54,922 bases of DNA. It comes from Meiothermus sp. (GTDB taxonomy: Bacteria > Deinococcota > Deinococci > Deinococcales > Thermaceae). Of this stretch, positions 33,944 to 44,668 are shown in pieces; within the stretch, counting starts at the first letter, position 1; every line of letters starts with the position of its first letter. The notes below the pieces were generated by a model. That model worked only from the letters and a program-made list of their open reading frames with translations, was not told where the DNA came from and searched no databases. The stretch spans positions 1-54,922 of the forward strand of contig JANRLD010000016.1 of the NCBI GenBank assembly GCA_033762915.1, read 5' to 3'. A program made the position numbers and the translations under genes.

Positions 33944-34609
33944 TCAACCTTCGGGGAACCGATACCCGCGCCCCCGGATGTTCTCGATCACCCAGTCGCC
34001 CAGCTTGCCACGCACCAGGTTGATGTAGACCTCGACGATGTTGGAGGCCGAATCGAAGCTGGACTCCCAGACCCGCTCGAAAATCTCGTTGCGGGTGAAG
34101 AGGCGACCGGGGCTTGAGGCCAGCAACTCCAGGATGGCGTACTCCTTGCCAGTCAGGTGAACCTCGGCCCCGCCCTTGCTGACCTTGCCGGTGGCCCACT
34201 GAATGCAGAGGTCGCGCGTCCGCAACTCGGGCTCCTGGGAGGGCCTCGAGCGGCGCAACTGCGCCCGCAGCCGGGCCAGCACCTCGGGGAAGCGGAAGGG
34301 CTTGAGGATGTAGTCGTCGCCGCCGGAGTCGAGGCCCGCCACGATGTCCTCGAGGGCGTCCCGCCCGGTCAGGTAGAGCACCGGGGTGGAGACCCCGCTC
34401 GAGCGCAGCCGCCCCACCAGCTCGAAACCCGCCCGCACCCCCTCTGGCAGCGAAACATCGAATAGCAGCGCGTCGAAGCTGAAGCCCAGGACCAGCCCCT
34501 CGGCCTCCCGCGCCGTTCCCGCCGACTCCACCGCGTAGCCAACGTCCTGCAAAGCCGCCACTAGGGCTTCGCGGATTTCGGGCTCGTCTTCGAGGACTAG
34601 AAGTTTCAT
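33944..34609 (-). CDS. OmpR/PhoB-family response regulator
   Basis: LVLEDE, FDVSLP, GGDDYILKPF, wHTH ending IRGRGY. Confidence 0.93.
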   Translation of the reverse strand: MKLLVLEDEPEIREALVAALQDVGYAVESAGTAREAEGLVLGFSFDALLFDVSLPEGVRAGFELVGRLRSSGVSTPVLYLTGRDALEDIVAGLDSGGDDYILKPFRFPEVLARLRAQLRRSRPSQEPELRTRDLCIQWATGKVSKGGAEVHLTGKEYAILELLASSPGRLFTRNEIFERVWESSFDSASNIVEVYINLVRGKLGDWVIENIRGRGYRFPEG

Positions 34610-34667
34610 GGGAGGTCTCAGATCACGGATCGAAGGTCGAAGTTCGAAAGTCAAAGGTTTCTGCTGC

Positions 34668-36194
34668 TCATGCCTCAACCCTCAACCCCTCCAGAGGTCT
34701 ACGGAACGTCACCACCACCTTGGTCCCCCCGCCGGGGGTGCGGCTGAGTTCGACGGTGCCGCTGTGGGCGGCGGCGACCTCGGCTACCACCGCCAGGCCC
34801 AGTCCCGCGCCGGGCCGCGTGCTGGTAACGGCGCTGCCCCGGCGGAAGGGCTCGAGCAGCGCCCTGGCCTCGGCGGGGTCATCGGGGATGCCGATGCCGG
34901 TGTCCTCCACGGTGAGCTTGGCCCACTCGATGGTCTTTCCCACAGTGATGCGCACGTAACCCTGGTCGGTGAACTTGATGGCGTTGGAGACCAGGTTGGA
35001 GACCACCTGCCGCACCGCGCCGGGGTCGCCGGGTAAGGTGGCGGAGTCGCCGCCGAGTTCGATGTAGAGGCCCTTGTCCACCGCCAGCGGCATCAGCTCG
35101 TCGGCCACCTGGGCCGCGACCTCGAGCAGGTTCAGCTCAACCCGCGGCTGCCCCGAGAGCCCAGCCCGGTTGAGGGTGAGCAGGTTGCCGCTCAGGTCGG
35201 AGAGGCGCAGCGCAGTCCGGTGGGCGCGTTTGAGGGCCTCGCGGGCCTCCTCGGCGCTGCGGGGCCGGGCCAGGCCCTGCTCGAGGCCCATCACCAGCGC
35301 GGTGACGGGGGTGCGCAGCTCGTGCGAGGCGGCGGCCAGGAACTGCTTCTCGGTGGCCCGGGCCTTATTCAGGTCGGCCAGGCCGGTCTCGAGCGCCCGG
35401 GCCAGCAGCCCCACCTCGTCGCGGCGATCGAGACCGAGGATGGGTTCGGGGGCCTCGAGCTTGGCGGTGCGCTTGGCCAGGGCCGCCAGTGGCCGGGTGA
35501 GGAGCAGCGAGAGGGTGGCCACCAGGCCCAGGGCCACCAGGAGCGCCGCGACGGCCGAGCCCAGCGAAGAGGCCCAAAACTGGGCGATGCGCTGGTTGCC
35601 CACCGAGGCCGGGATGCCCATCTCCACCACGGTGTTCCAGCCCCGGTGGATCACCGTGCGGTAGCCCCCGCAGTCGGTGCAGAACTGAAACTCGGGCACC
35701 TCGGACTTCAGGTCTGCGAGGGTGGCCTCCAGGCGGGTCTGGTCCATCTGGGGGACCGAGGCGCGGTTGGTCCAGGTGGGCCGGTCGGCGATGCTGGAGA
35801 TGTCGTTGGTCTCGTTGCCGTTCTCGTCCCTAACTCGAGTAATGCGGTAGACCGAGACCACTGCGGGCTCGAGTTGTTCCCTAATCCACTCTGGGTAACT
35901 CTCTTCTTGCGGCTGCTCGAGCCACCAGCCCATTAGCCCGTCTACCGCTGCGGCCTGGCGCTGGAGGCGCTCGGTCCAGTAGGAGTTGTTGAGGTCGCGG
36001 AAGGCGAAGTAGGTGATCAAGAAGTGCAGCAGCAAACCCAGCGCCAGTGAGACCGTGGCGATCAGCACCAGCAATTGCCGCAGGGTCAGCCCTCCCGTGG
36101 CCCGCCTGGCTGGGGCGGCCGGCCGGCCGGCGGCGCTCGAGGCGACCGTGGCCTCGTCTGTATCTCTAACCGGGCCGGTATACGGGGTCTGCAT
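34668..36194 (-). CDS. HAMP-domain sensor histidine kinase
   Basis: Two TM helices, HAMP, ASHELRTP, NLVSNAIKF, DTGIGI, GAGLGL. Confidence 0.93.
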   Translation of the reverse strand: MQTPYTGPVRDTDEATVASSAAGRPAAPARRATGGLTLRQLLVLIATVSLALGLLLHFLITYFAFRDLNNSYWTERLQRQAAAVDGLMGWWLEQPQEESYPEWIREQLEPAVVSVYRITRVRDENGNETNDISSIADRPTWTNRASVPQMDQTRLEATLADLKSEVPEFQFCTDCGGYRTVIHRGWNTVVEMGIPASVGNQRIAQFWASSLGSAVAALLVALGLVATLSLLLTRPLAALAKRTAKLEAPEPILGLDRRDEVGLLARALETGLADLNKARATEKQFLAAASHELRTPVTALVMGLEQGLARPRSAEEAREALKRAHRTALRLSDLSGNLLTLNRAGLSGQPRVELNLLEVAAQVADELMPLAVDKGLYIELGGDSATLPGDPGAVRQVVSNLVSNAIKFTDQGYVRITVGKTIEWAKLTVEDTGIGIPDDPAEARALLEPFRRGSAVTSTRPGAGLGLAVVAEVAAAHSGTVELSRTPGGGTKVVVTFRRPLEGLRVEA

Positions 36195-36232
36195 GGCGGC
36201 TTCCTCGAGTGTTCCAATGATACTGGCTATTC

Positions 36233-36252
36233 GGGATTAAGAAGGGATTAAG
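36233..36252. promoter_or_regulatory. GGGATTAAG direct repeat with 11-bp period (OmpR-type box candidate)
   Basis: GGGATTAAG-AA-GGGATTAAG about 40 bp upstream of the kinase ATG. Confidence 0.55.
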
Positions 36253-36354
36253 GTATACACAAAGCGACAATTGGGCGTGCCGCAAGTCCCTACACCGTAA
36301 GTGTCTCTATGGTTCGAGTGCGACATATCGCCCGCCAGTTCCCGCAGAGAATTG

Positions 36355-36487
36355 CGCCTCGGGTAGCCGCTCCGCGGCCATGGCGCACGCCACTCCGCCC
36401 CGGGTAGCCGCTCTGCGGCTATGGCGTACGCCACTCCGCCCCGGGTAGCCGCTCTGCGGCTATGGCGCACGCCACTTCGCCCAGGTA
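36355..36487. repeat. 41-bp tandem repeat, three full copies and a partial fourth
   Basis: Unit CGCCCCGGGTAGCCGCTCTGCGGCTATGGCGYACGCCACTC at 36355, 36396 and 36437. Confidence 0.9.
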
Positions 36488-36637
36488 CGCATTTACCGCT
36501 TCCGCTGATTCTGCACTTCTACACTGGCGCACCGCATACCCTGAGCAGACGCTCCGCCTTGGATGGGGGGCAACCGGCTTTAACTTTGAATTTAGTTCAG
36601 TATCGGCATACTGAGGTCACAGGGGGAAAGGCAACCT

Positions 36638-38314
<1,677 letters not shown>

Positions 38315-38417
38315 GCTGTTGAACTTGAAGCCTGAGCAGAGGGCCGTTCGCGGCCCCTAGAAAACCGCTGACCGCAGGGCACTTTCCCCGTTCAATCATC
38401 GCTGTAAAGGAGACGAC

Positions 38418-39659
38418 ATGAACCGCAGAAACTTTATGATGGGCTGCTCGAGCGCCATCGCCGCAATGGCGGGGGCGCAGATCACCGGACTGACCTTCGC
38501 GGCCGAGGGCGAAACCGACGAAGTGCTGGTGGTGGTGTTCTTGCGCGGAGGGTGGGACGCGATTAACGTGCTGCCGCCCCTGGACGGCCCCGACCGCGCC
38601 GCCTACGAGGCCGCCCGGCCCTACCTGAAAATCCCCACCAGCGGCAGGAACGCCGCGCTACGGCTCAACAGCCAGTTCGGGATGCACCGGGCGCTCGAGC
38701 CGCTAATGGAGCTGTACCAGGGCCGCCAGATGGCCATCGTGCCCGCCGCCGGGATGCCCACCTCAGACACCCGCAGCCACTTCGACGCGATGCGCTACAT
38801 GGAGCTGGGTACGCCCAACCAGGGCAGCACCACCACCGGCTGGATCACCCGCCACCTCCAGGCCAGCCCGCCCAAAAACGGCGGCCTCAGCCTGCCCGCC
38901 GTGACCATCGACGCGGCCACCACGCCCAGCTTTCTGGGTAGCCCCGAGGCGGTGGCGATGCGCAACCCCAACGAGTTCCTGCTGGTCGACGACAAGGACT
39001 ACCGCAACCGCCTGACCAAGCTGATCGGCGACCTCTACAAAGGCGACTCCTGGCTGCACGCGGCGGGTCAGCGTACCCTGGCCACCATCCGGCTGGTCGA
39101 GCAGCTCAAGACCGAGGACTACAAGCCCGCAGTCGAATACCCCGAAAACGAGTTCGGTGAGCGCCTCAAGACCCTGGCCTCGCTGATGAAGCAGGGCCTG
39201 AGCATGAAGGTGGCCACCGTAGACCTGGGCGGCTGGGACACCCACGAGTGGCAGGGCGAGAACGGCGAGGGCTACTTCGCGGAGCTGCTGGGCCAGTTGG
39301 GTGGAGGGCTGTCGGCCTTTTACAACGACCTTTCCGCCGCCAACCTCACCAACAAGGTGAACATCGTGGTGATGAGCGAGTTTGGGCGCCGGCTCTCGGA
39401 GAACGCCTCGAGGGGCACCGACCACGGCCACGGCAGCGCCATGCTGGTGCTGGGCGGCAACGTGAACGGCGGCAAGCTCTACGGCAAGTGGCCCGGCCTG
39501 GGAGCCGAGCAGTTGTACGACCGAGCCGACCTCGAGGCCACCACCGACTACCGCGCCGTGGTCTCGGAAATCCTCAAAGTCCGCCTGAAGAACGAGCGTC
39601 TGGGCGTGGTGTTCCCCGGCTACAGCATGGGCCAGCCGATGGGGATTGTGCGGGGATAG
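38418..39659 (+). CDS. DUF1501 family protein with Tat signal
   Basis: NRRNFM, FLRGGWD, RSHFDA, GGWDTH, SEFGR, GTDHG. Confidence 0.92.
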   Translation: MNRRNFMMGCSSAIAAMAGAQITGLTFAAEGETDEVLVVVFLRGGWDAINVLPPLDGPDRAAYEAARPYLKIPTSGRNAALRLNSQFGMHRALEPLMELYQGRQMAIVPAAGMPTSDTRSHFDAMRYMELGTPNQGSTTTGWITRHLQASPPKNGGLSLPAVTIDAATTPSFLGSPEAVAMRNPNEFLLVDDKDYRNRLTKLIGDLYKGDSWLHAAGQRTLATIRLVEQLKTEDYKPAVEYPENEFGERLKTLASLMKQGLSMKVATVDLGGWDTHEWQGENGEGYFAELLGQLGGGLSAFYNDLSAANLTNKVNIVVMSEFGRRLSENASRGTDHGHGSAMLVLGGNVNGGKLYGKWPGLGAEQLYDRADLEATTDYRAVVSEILKVRLKNERLGVVFPGYSMGQPMGIVRG

Positions 39660-39834
39660 ATGGTAAATGTAGAAGGCGACCACCATAATTTATGAATCGC
39701 ATTCTACTATTTGAAGTGGTCTACACAGCAGCTTGAGTATGCGCGTTAACGTGGCTGTCGCACTAATGTGACTGGTTTCATTACTTTAGAAATGGCTTGA
39801 ATTAACATCGTTACTGAATATATACTCACATCAA

Positions 39835-41403
39835 ATGTTTCGCTCATCAACTACTCCAATGTGGTTGCTTTTCATTTTTCTTTCCCTGACAGGATGTCAG
39901 ACGGCTCCCTCCAACGTTCCAGTTAGTCAGCCAGACAGCTTGCTTGGCACAGACGGGAACTCAAATGGAATAAGAGATGACGTTGATGAACTCATTGGAA
40001 GACTAACGAACAAACCTGAAGAAAGAACCCGCATCGCCAGTGGGGCTAGAGCACTACAAACTGTGTTCTCGTCCGTCAGCTCTACACAAAAGGCCAATGA
40101 AGTAAAAGAGGCGTATTACCGAGCGGTCTTTTGCAGCAGTCAAGGGCTAGAAAAAGCTTTCGCAGATGTATTCACAACTACCGTTAATTCGGATAAACGT
40201 ATTAGAGAGTATTTACGTGTTCAACAGATGTCCAGCCAGATTTCTTTTACATTTGAGCCGAGTGCTTGTCCGAGATTGACTTCATCTGTCCCTCGAGAAG
40301 CCCATACACTTAACGCCCAGGTAGATCGCCCTGATATCACAGTTAGACATCTCCATATCAACGGTGTAAATACGTGTTGTGATGAAGTTTCAGCTAACTG
40401 GGGGAGTTTATTTTCAAGGATTTCCCAAATCGCCGTAAAGAAATACGGACAATCAGTCGCTTTTCAGCAACAGGGTCTAGAAAACCCATCGCATAAATTA
40501 ATTAATGATTTATATGAAGCAAACCTCCAACTCAATCCAAACGCAACAATCGAAAATTTCTGGAAAGCCTTTAGGACAATCGTGCCAGGCTCTGAGCCAT
40601 ATGTGCCAGCAAAACTGGTTGCGGATAGATTAACTCAGTTGCCGCCTGAGGCACGCGAAGTTACATTAAAGTATCTCAGCACGATAAATGAATCGTTACA
40701 GCGTGGCGAAAAGGTGTTGATCACTGCACACTCTCAAGGAACTATATTCGCACGGGATATTGAGCGATTAGTCGGCACTAATCCAGACGTTAGATTTATA
40801 GATATGGCCCCGCCGTTTAACGATCCGGGCAAACGCTTAACAATTTCAAAAACAGGTGATGTTCTCCTTTGGTTTGTACGTCTGTATAATGACGTATTTC
40901 CAGGAAACATCTCCATTACTGATGGCATTGACCACTCTCTACGATCCTATATCGATCCTAATACTGAGTCCGGTCGTAAATTTGATGAATATGTGGATCG
41001 GATCATTACAGAATGGCTGCCTCCGATAGACCTAACTGGGGATTGGGATGCTCAAGGCTATACCTGCTTTGCTAGTACGGTTGATTATCAAGACATTGGC
41101 ATCCGTCATACCGACACTCAAATCATTGCCCAGAAAATCATCGGTGACCCGTGCGTTCCAGCGGGGAACCTCACCTTTGTTGGAAACATAGCAAGGTCAC
41201 AAGTGGTTCGCAACGCCTTGATCCCAGTCACTTTTGCGATAGGTACTCCTCGTTGCCCCGCCTGTTATACGACGGCTGGAAGGATACGCATTATCAACAG
41301 GGATAGTTTTGTTGCGGAGACGCCAACTTTCATCACCTTCACTCGTGTCAAACCTTTAGAACCCTCCTCCGCCATATCCGCTTTACTACGTAAACCTTGG
41401 TAG
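39835..41403 (+). CDS. AT-rich lipoprotein: alpha/beta-hydrolase-like domain plus C-terminal DUF3506/Cyclin_D1_bind-like domain
   Basis: LTGC lipobox, GTDGNSNGIRDDVD, AHSQG, DHSL..Y, AQKIIGDPCVPAGNLTF; composition markedly unlike the flanks. Confidence 0.75.
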   Translation: MFRSSTTPMWLLFIFLSLTGCQTAPSNVPVSQPDSLLGTDGNSNGIRDDVDELIGRLTNKPEERTRIASGARALQTVFSSVSSTQKANEVKEAYYRAVFCSSQGLEKAFADVFTTTVNSDKRIREYLRVQQMSSQISFTFEPSACPRLTSSVPREAHTLNAQVDRPDITVRHLHINGVNTCCDEVSANWGSLFSRISQIAVKKYGQSVAFQQQGLENPSHKLINDLYEANLQLNPNATIENFWKAFRTIVPGSEPYVPAKLVADRLTQLPPEAREVTLKYLSTINESLQRGEKVLITAHSQGTIFARDIERLVGTNPDVRFIDMAPPFNDPGKRLTISKTGDVLLWFVRLYNDVFPGNISITDGIDHSLRSYIDPNTESGRKFDEYVDRIITEWLPPIDLTGDWDAQGYTCFASTVDYQDIGIRHTDTQIIAQKIIGDPCVPAGNLTFVGNIARSQVVRNALIPVTFAIGTPRCPACYTTAGRIRIINRDSFVAETPTFITFTRVKPLEPSSAISALLRKPW

Positions 41404-41455
41404 AGCACAATTCTCGTTTGCCGTAATCAGTCGCGGTTGATATGCTTAGAGCATT

Positions 41456-42445
41456 GTGATTGAAGTCCGGCAGCTCGAGAAGCACTACGTGGTGGCGGAA
41501 AAAGAGCCCGGCATCGTGGGGTCGCTGCGGGGGTTTTTCCGGCCCCAGACCAAGGTCGTACGGGCGGTGGACGGGGTGAGCTTCGAGATCGGGGCGGGGG
41601 AGATGGTGGGGTTTCTGGGAGCCAACGGGGCAGGAAAAACCACCACCCTCAAGATGCTTTCTGGGCTGCTGCACCCCAGCGGGGGGGAGTGCCGGGTGGC
41701 GGGCGCGGTGCCGTTCGAGCGGCGGGCCGGCTTTCTCAAGGCCATCACCCTGGTGATGGGGCAAAAGCAGCAACTGATGTGGGACTTGCCGGCGCTGGAC
41801 AGCTTCCTGGTCAACCAGGCCATCTACGAAATCTCCGATGCCGATTACCGCGCCACTATGTCGGAGTTTAGTGAGCTGCTGGGCCTCGAGGGCATTCTCA
41901 AGAAGCAGGTGCGCAAGCTCTCGCTGGGCGAGCGGATGAAGTGTGAGCTGGCGGCGGCGCTGCTGCACCGGCCCAAGGTGCTGTTCCTCGACGAGCCCAC
42001 CATCGGGCTGGACGTGAACATGCAGGTCAAGATTCGGGATTTCATCGCCGAGTACAACGCCCGGTTCAAGGCCACCGTGATCCTTACCAGCCACTACATG
42101 GCCGACGTGACCGCCCTGTGCAGGCGCATCATCGTGGTGGACAAGGGCAAGGTGATCTTCGACGGCGACCTGAGTGCGCTCTTGGAGCGCACCAGCCCCA
42201 GCAAGATTGTGAAGCTTCAGCTCGAGCGCCCCTACTCCGAATCAGACCTGCGCGGCTACGGCAACCTGACCAGCCTCGAGGGCCTCAACGCCGCCTTCGA
42301 CCTGCCCCGCTCGGAGGTCTCGGCCCGCAGCGCGCGGATGCTCTCCGAGCTACCCATCGCCGATATCACCATCGAGGACCCGCCCATCGAGGAGATCATC
42401 GGGCAGTTGTTCGCGGGGCAGGGCCGGCCGGAGGTGAGGGCGTGA
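41456..42445 (+). CDS. ABC transporter ATP-binding protein
   Basis: GANGAGKTT, LSLGE, LFLDEPT, SH. Confidence 0.95.
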   Translation: MIEVRQLEKHYVVAEKEPGIVGSLRGFFRPQTKVVRAVDGVSFEIGAGEMVGFLGANGAGKTTTLKMLSGLLHPSGGECRVAGAVPFERRAGFLKAITLVMGQKQQLMWDLPALDSFLVNQAIYEISDADYRATMSEFSELLGLEGILKKQVRKLSLGERMKCELAAALLHRPKVLFLDEPTIGLDVNMQVKIRDFIAEYNARFKATVILTSHYMADVTALCRRIIVVDKGKVIFDGDLSALLERTSPSKIVKLQLERPYSESDLRGYGNLTSLEGLNAAFDLPRSEVSARSARMLSELPIADITIEDPPIEEIIGQLFAGQGRPEVRA

Positions 42446-43245
42446 GTCAGGCCTGGCGCAAGGCCAGGGCGCTGTTCGCGGCTTGGCTGACCCACATGAC
42501 CATCTACCGCGCCGAGATCGTTATCTGGATGCTCTCGGGCACCCTGCCCCTGATCATGATGGCGGTCTGGATCGGCAAGGCCCAGGCCGAGGGCGGCGCA
42601 GTGCAGGGCTTCAGCAGCGCCGACTTCGCGGCTTACTTCCTGGTGGCCTGGATGAGCGGCCAGATGACCGTGGCCTGGGTGGCCTGGGAGATCAGCTTTG
42701 CGGTGCGGCAGGGCACCTTCTCGACCAAGCTGCTGCGCCCCATCAACCCCTTCTGGGAGTACTTCATGCAGCACGTCACCGAGCGGGTGGTGCGCTATCC
42801 GTTTGTGTTCGTGATCATGACGATCGGGGCGCTGCTGGTGCCGGGGGCGCAACTGGTGGAGAGCGCGGCGCACGCGGGTGTCTACCTCCTGGCCATCGTG
42901 CTGGCCTTCCTGATTCGCTTCCTGATCGCCTATTGCATCGGGCTGGCGGCCTTCTGGCTCGAGAACGCTACCGCCCTCGACGAGCTGTACTTCGTCCTCT
43001 CGATCATGCTGGCGGGTAGCTTCGCCCCGCTGGACTTCTATCCTGCTTGGCTGCGCCCGATCCTCGAGTTCCTGCCCTTCCCCTACGTCATCTACTACCC
43101 CACCCAGATTTTGATCGGGCGGCTCGAGTGGCCGGAGATCGCTCGAGTGGTGCTGATCCAACTGGTCTGGGTGGCCATCTTCGTCGCGCTGTTCCAGGTG
43201 CTGTGGCGGCTGGGTCGGCGGCACTATGGGGCGGTGGGGGCGTGA
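42442..43245 (+). CDS. ABC-2 family permease (DUF990-like)
   Basis: Multi-TM, G..STKLLRP, LPF..VIY.P; GTGA overlap with the ATPase gene. Confidence 0.88.
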   Translation: MSQAWRKARALFAAWLTHMTIYRAEIVIWMLSGTLPLIMMAVWIGKAQAEGGAVQGFSSADFAAYFLVAWMSGQMTVAWVAWEISFAVRQGTFSTKLLRPINPFWEYFMQHVTERVVRYPFVFVIMTIGALLVPGAQLVESAAHAGVYLLAIVLAFLIRFLIAYCIGLAAFWLENATALDELYFVLSIMLAGSFAPLDFYPAWLRPILEFLPFPYVIYYPTQILIGRLEWPEIARVVLIQLVWVAIFVALFQVLWRLGRRHYGAVGA

Positions 43246-44021
43246 AATACCTCCGCATCATCTCTATCCTCATGGGCGCGAGCCTTGGGGTGCAGCTGGA
43301 GTACCGGGCCAACTTCACCGTGAATCTGCTCGAGACCGCACTCCGGCTGATGGGGTCGGTGCTGGGGCTGAGCATCCTGTTCGGCGGTGGGGAGTCGGTG
43401 GCGGGGTGGACGTTTGCGGAGGCCCTGGCGGTGCTGGGGATATTCACGTTTTTCGACGGCCTGATCAGCATGGCGCTGGCCCCCAACCTGAACCGCATCG
43501 CCGAGGGGGTGCGCACGGGGACGCTGGACTTTGTGCTATTGAAGCCGGTGGACGCACAGTTCCTGGTCAGCTTCCGCAACATCGACCTGCTCAAGCTGCC
43601 CGATGTGCTGCTGGGGCTGGGGATTCTGGGCTGGTCGCTGGGCCAGACCGGCGTGCGCCTCGAGAACCTGCTGCTGGGCGCGGGCCTGCTGCTCACCGCC
43701 TACCTGATTGTCTACAGCATCTGGTTCGCGCTCTCCACCACCGCCTTCTGGTTCGTGCGGGTCGAGAACGTCACCGAGCTGTTCTGGGGGGTGTACCGCG
43801 CAGGGCAGTTCCCGATCCAGGTTTTTCCCGGCTGGGTGCGCACCGCCTTCACCTTTGTGATCCCCATCGCCTTCATCACCACGGTGCCCGCTGAGGCGTT
43901 TACGGGTCGTCTCGAGGGCGTAAACCTTTGGGTTGCTGTGGGTATTGGAATCGGATTGTTTGTGGCCTCGAGGGGGTTCTGGCGCTTTGCTCTGCGGGCT
44001 TATACCAGTGCCAGCTCGTGA
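43242..44021 (+). CDS. ABC-2 family permease (DUF990-like)
   Basis: EYRANF, GTLDFVLLKPVD; GTGA overlap. Confidence 0.88.
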   Translation: MKYLRIISILMGASLGVQLEYRANFTVNLLETALRLMGSVLGLSILFGGGESVAGWTFAEALAVLGIFTFFDGLISMALAPNLNRIAEGVRTGTLDFVLLKPVDAQFLVSFRNIDLLKLPDVLLGLGILGWSLGQTGVRLENLLLGAGLLLTAYLIVYSIWFALSTTAFWFVRVENVTELFWGVYRAGQFPIQVFPGWVRTAFTFVIPIAFITTVPAEAFTGRLEGVNLWVAVGIGIGLFVASRGFWRFALRAYTSASS

Positions 44022-44027
44022 GCAGGG

Positions 44028-44579
44028 TTACGGCTTTGGGGGCACGATTCCAGCGTAAATGTCCTCGAGCCGCACACTCAAGTCCAAACACGGCACCTCG
44101 AACGCTCCGGTGTGGTCGAGCAGGTCAAAGCGCCAGGAGTCGCCGTCCCTCGAGTAGACAAAGGCTGAGGTCCGGTCTTGGCGCAGTAGCACGTAGCGCT
44201 CCACGCTGGGAATGCGCAGGTACTCCTCGAGCTTCTCGGTCTCGTCGGTGGTCTGGGTACTGTCCGAGAGCACCTCGAAGATTGCACAAGGGGCCAAGAC
44301 TAAGTACTCGTCTGCGTCTTCCTCACAGGTCACCACCACGTCAGGATAGCGGTAGCGGTTCTCGTCCACCTTCAGCTTGACCACGGTAAAGAAAAGGTCA
44401 CAACCTTTCTCTTCAACCCGCTTGTCCAGCAGCCGCACCAGACGCCGAACCACCCGGTTGTTCTGCTTTTTATCGCCCGCCATCGCGTGTAGTTCGCCAT
44501 TCACATACTCGTGGCGAACCTCCGAGCGCTGCTCGAGTGCGAGGTATTCCTCCGGGGTCAGGCGCTTGCCCGTAAGCAT
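44028..44579 (-). CDS. Uma2 family endonuclease (DUF820)
   Basis: EEYL..E....RHEYVNG, YPDVVV, EVLSDST...D..EK...Y; TACACT 6 nt before ATG. Confidence 0.9.
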   Translation of the reverse strand: MLTGKRLTPEEYLALEQRSEVRHEYVNGELHAMAGDKKQNNRVVRRLVRLLDKRVEEKGCDLFFTVVKLKVDENRYRYPDVVVTCEEDADEYLVLAPCAIFEVLSDSTQTTDETEKLEEYLRIPSVERYVLLRQDRTSAFVYSRDGDSWRFDLLDHTGAFEVPCLDLSVRLEDIYAGIVPPKP

Positions 44580-44613
44580 GTAGGTAGTGTAGCAAACACA
44601 GCATCATTCGTAG

Positions 44614-44646
44614 AAAAACCCCTCGAGCTAGCCGGCGCTCGAGGGG
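44614..44646 (-). terminator. Intrinsic terminator
   Basis: CCCCTCGAGC/GCTCGAGGGG stem plus T5 on the minus strand. Confidence 0.7.
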
Positions 44647-44668
44647 ATATCTTTACGGTCTACCCGCC

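Noticed and set aside
36355..36487. CRISPR array
   Set aside because: Units are contiguous with no unique spacers, and there are no cas genes in the window
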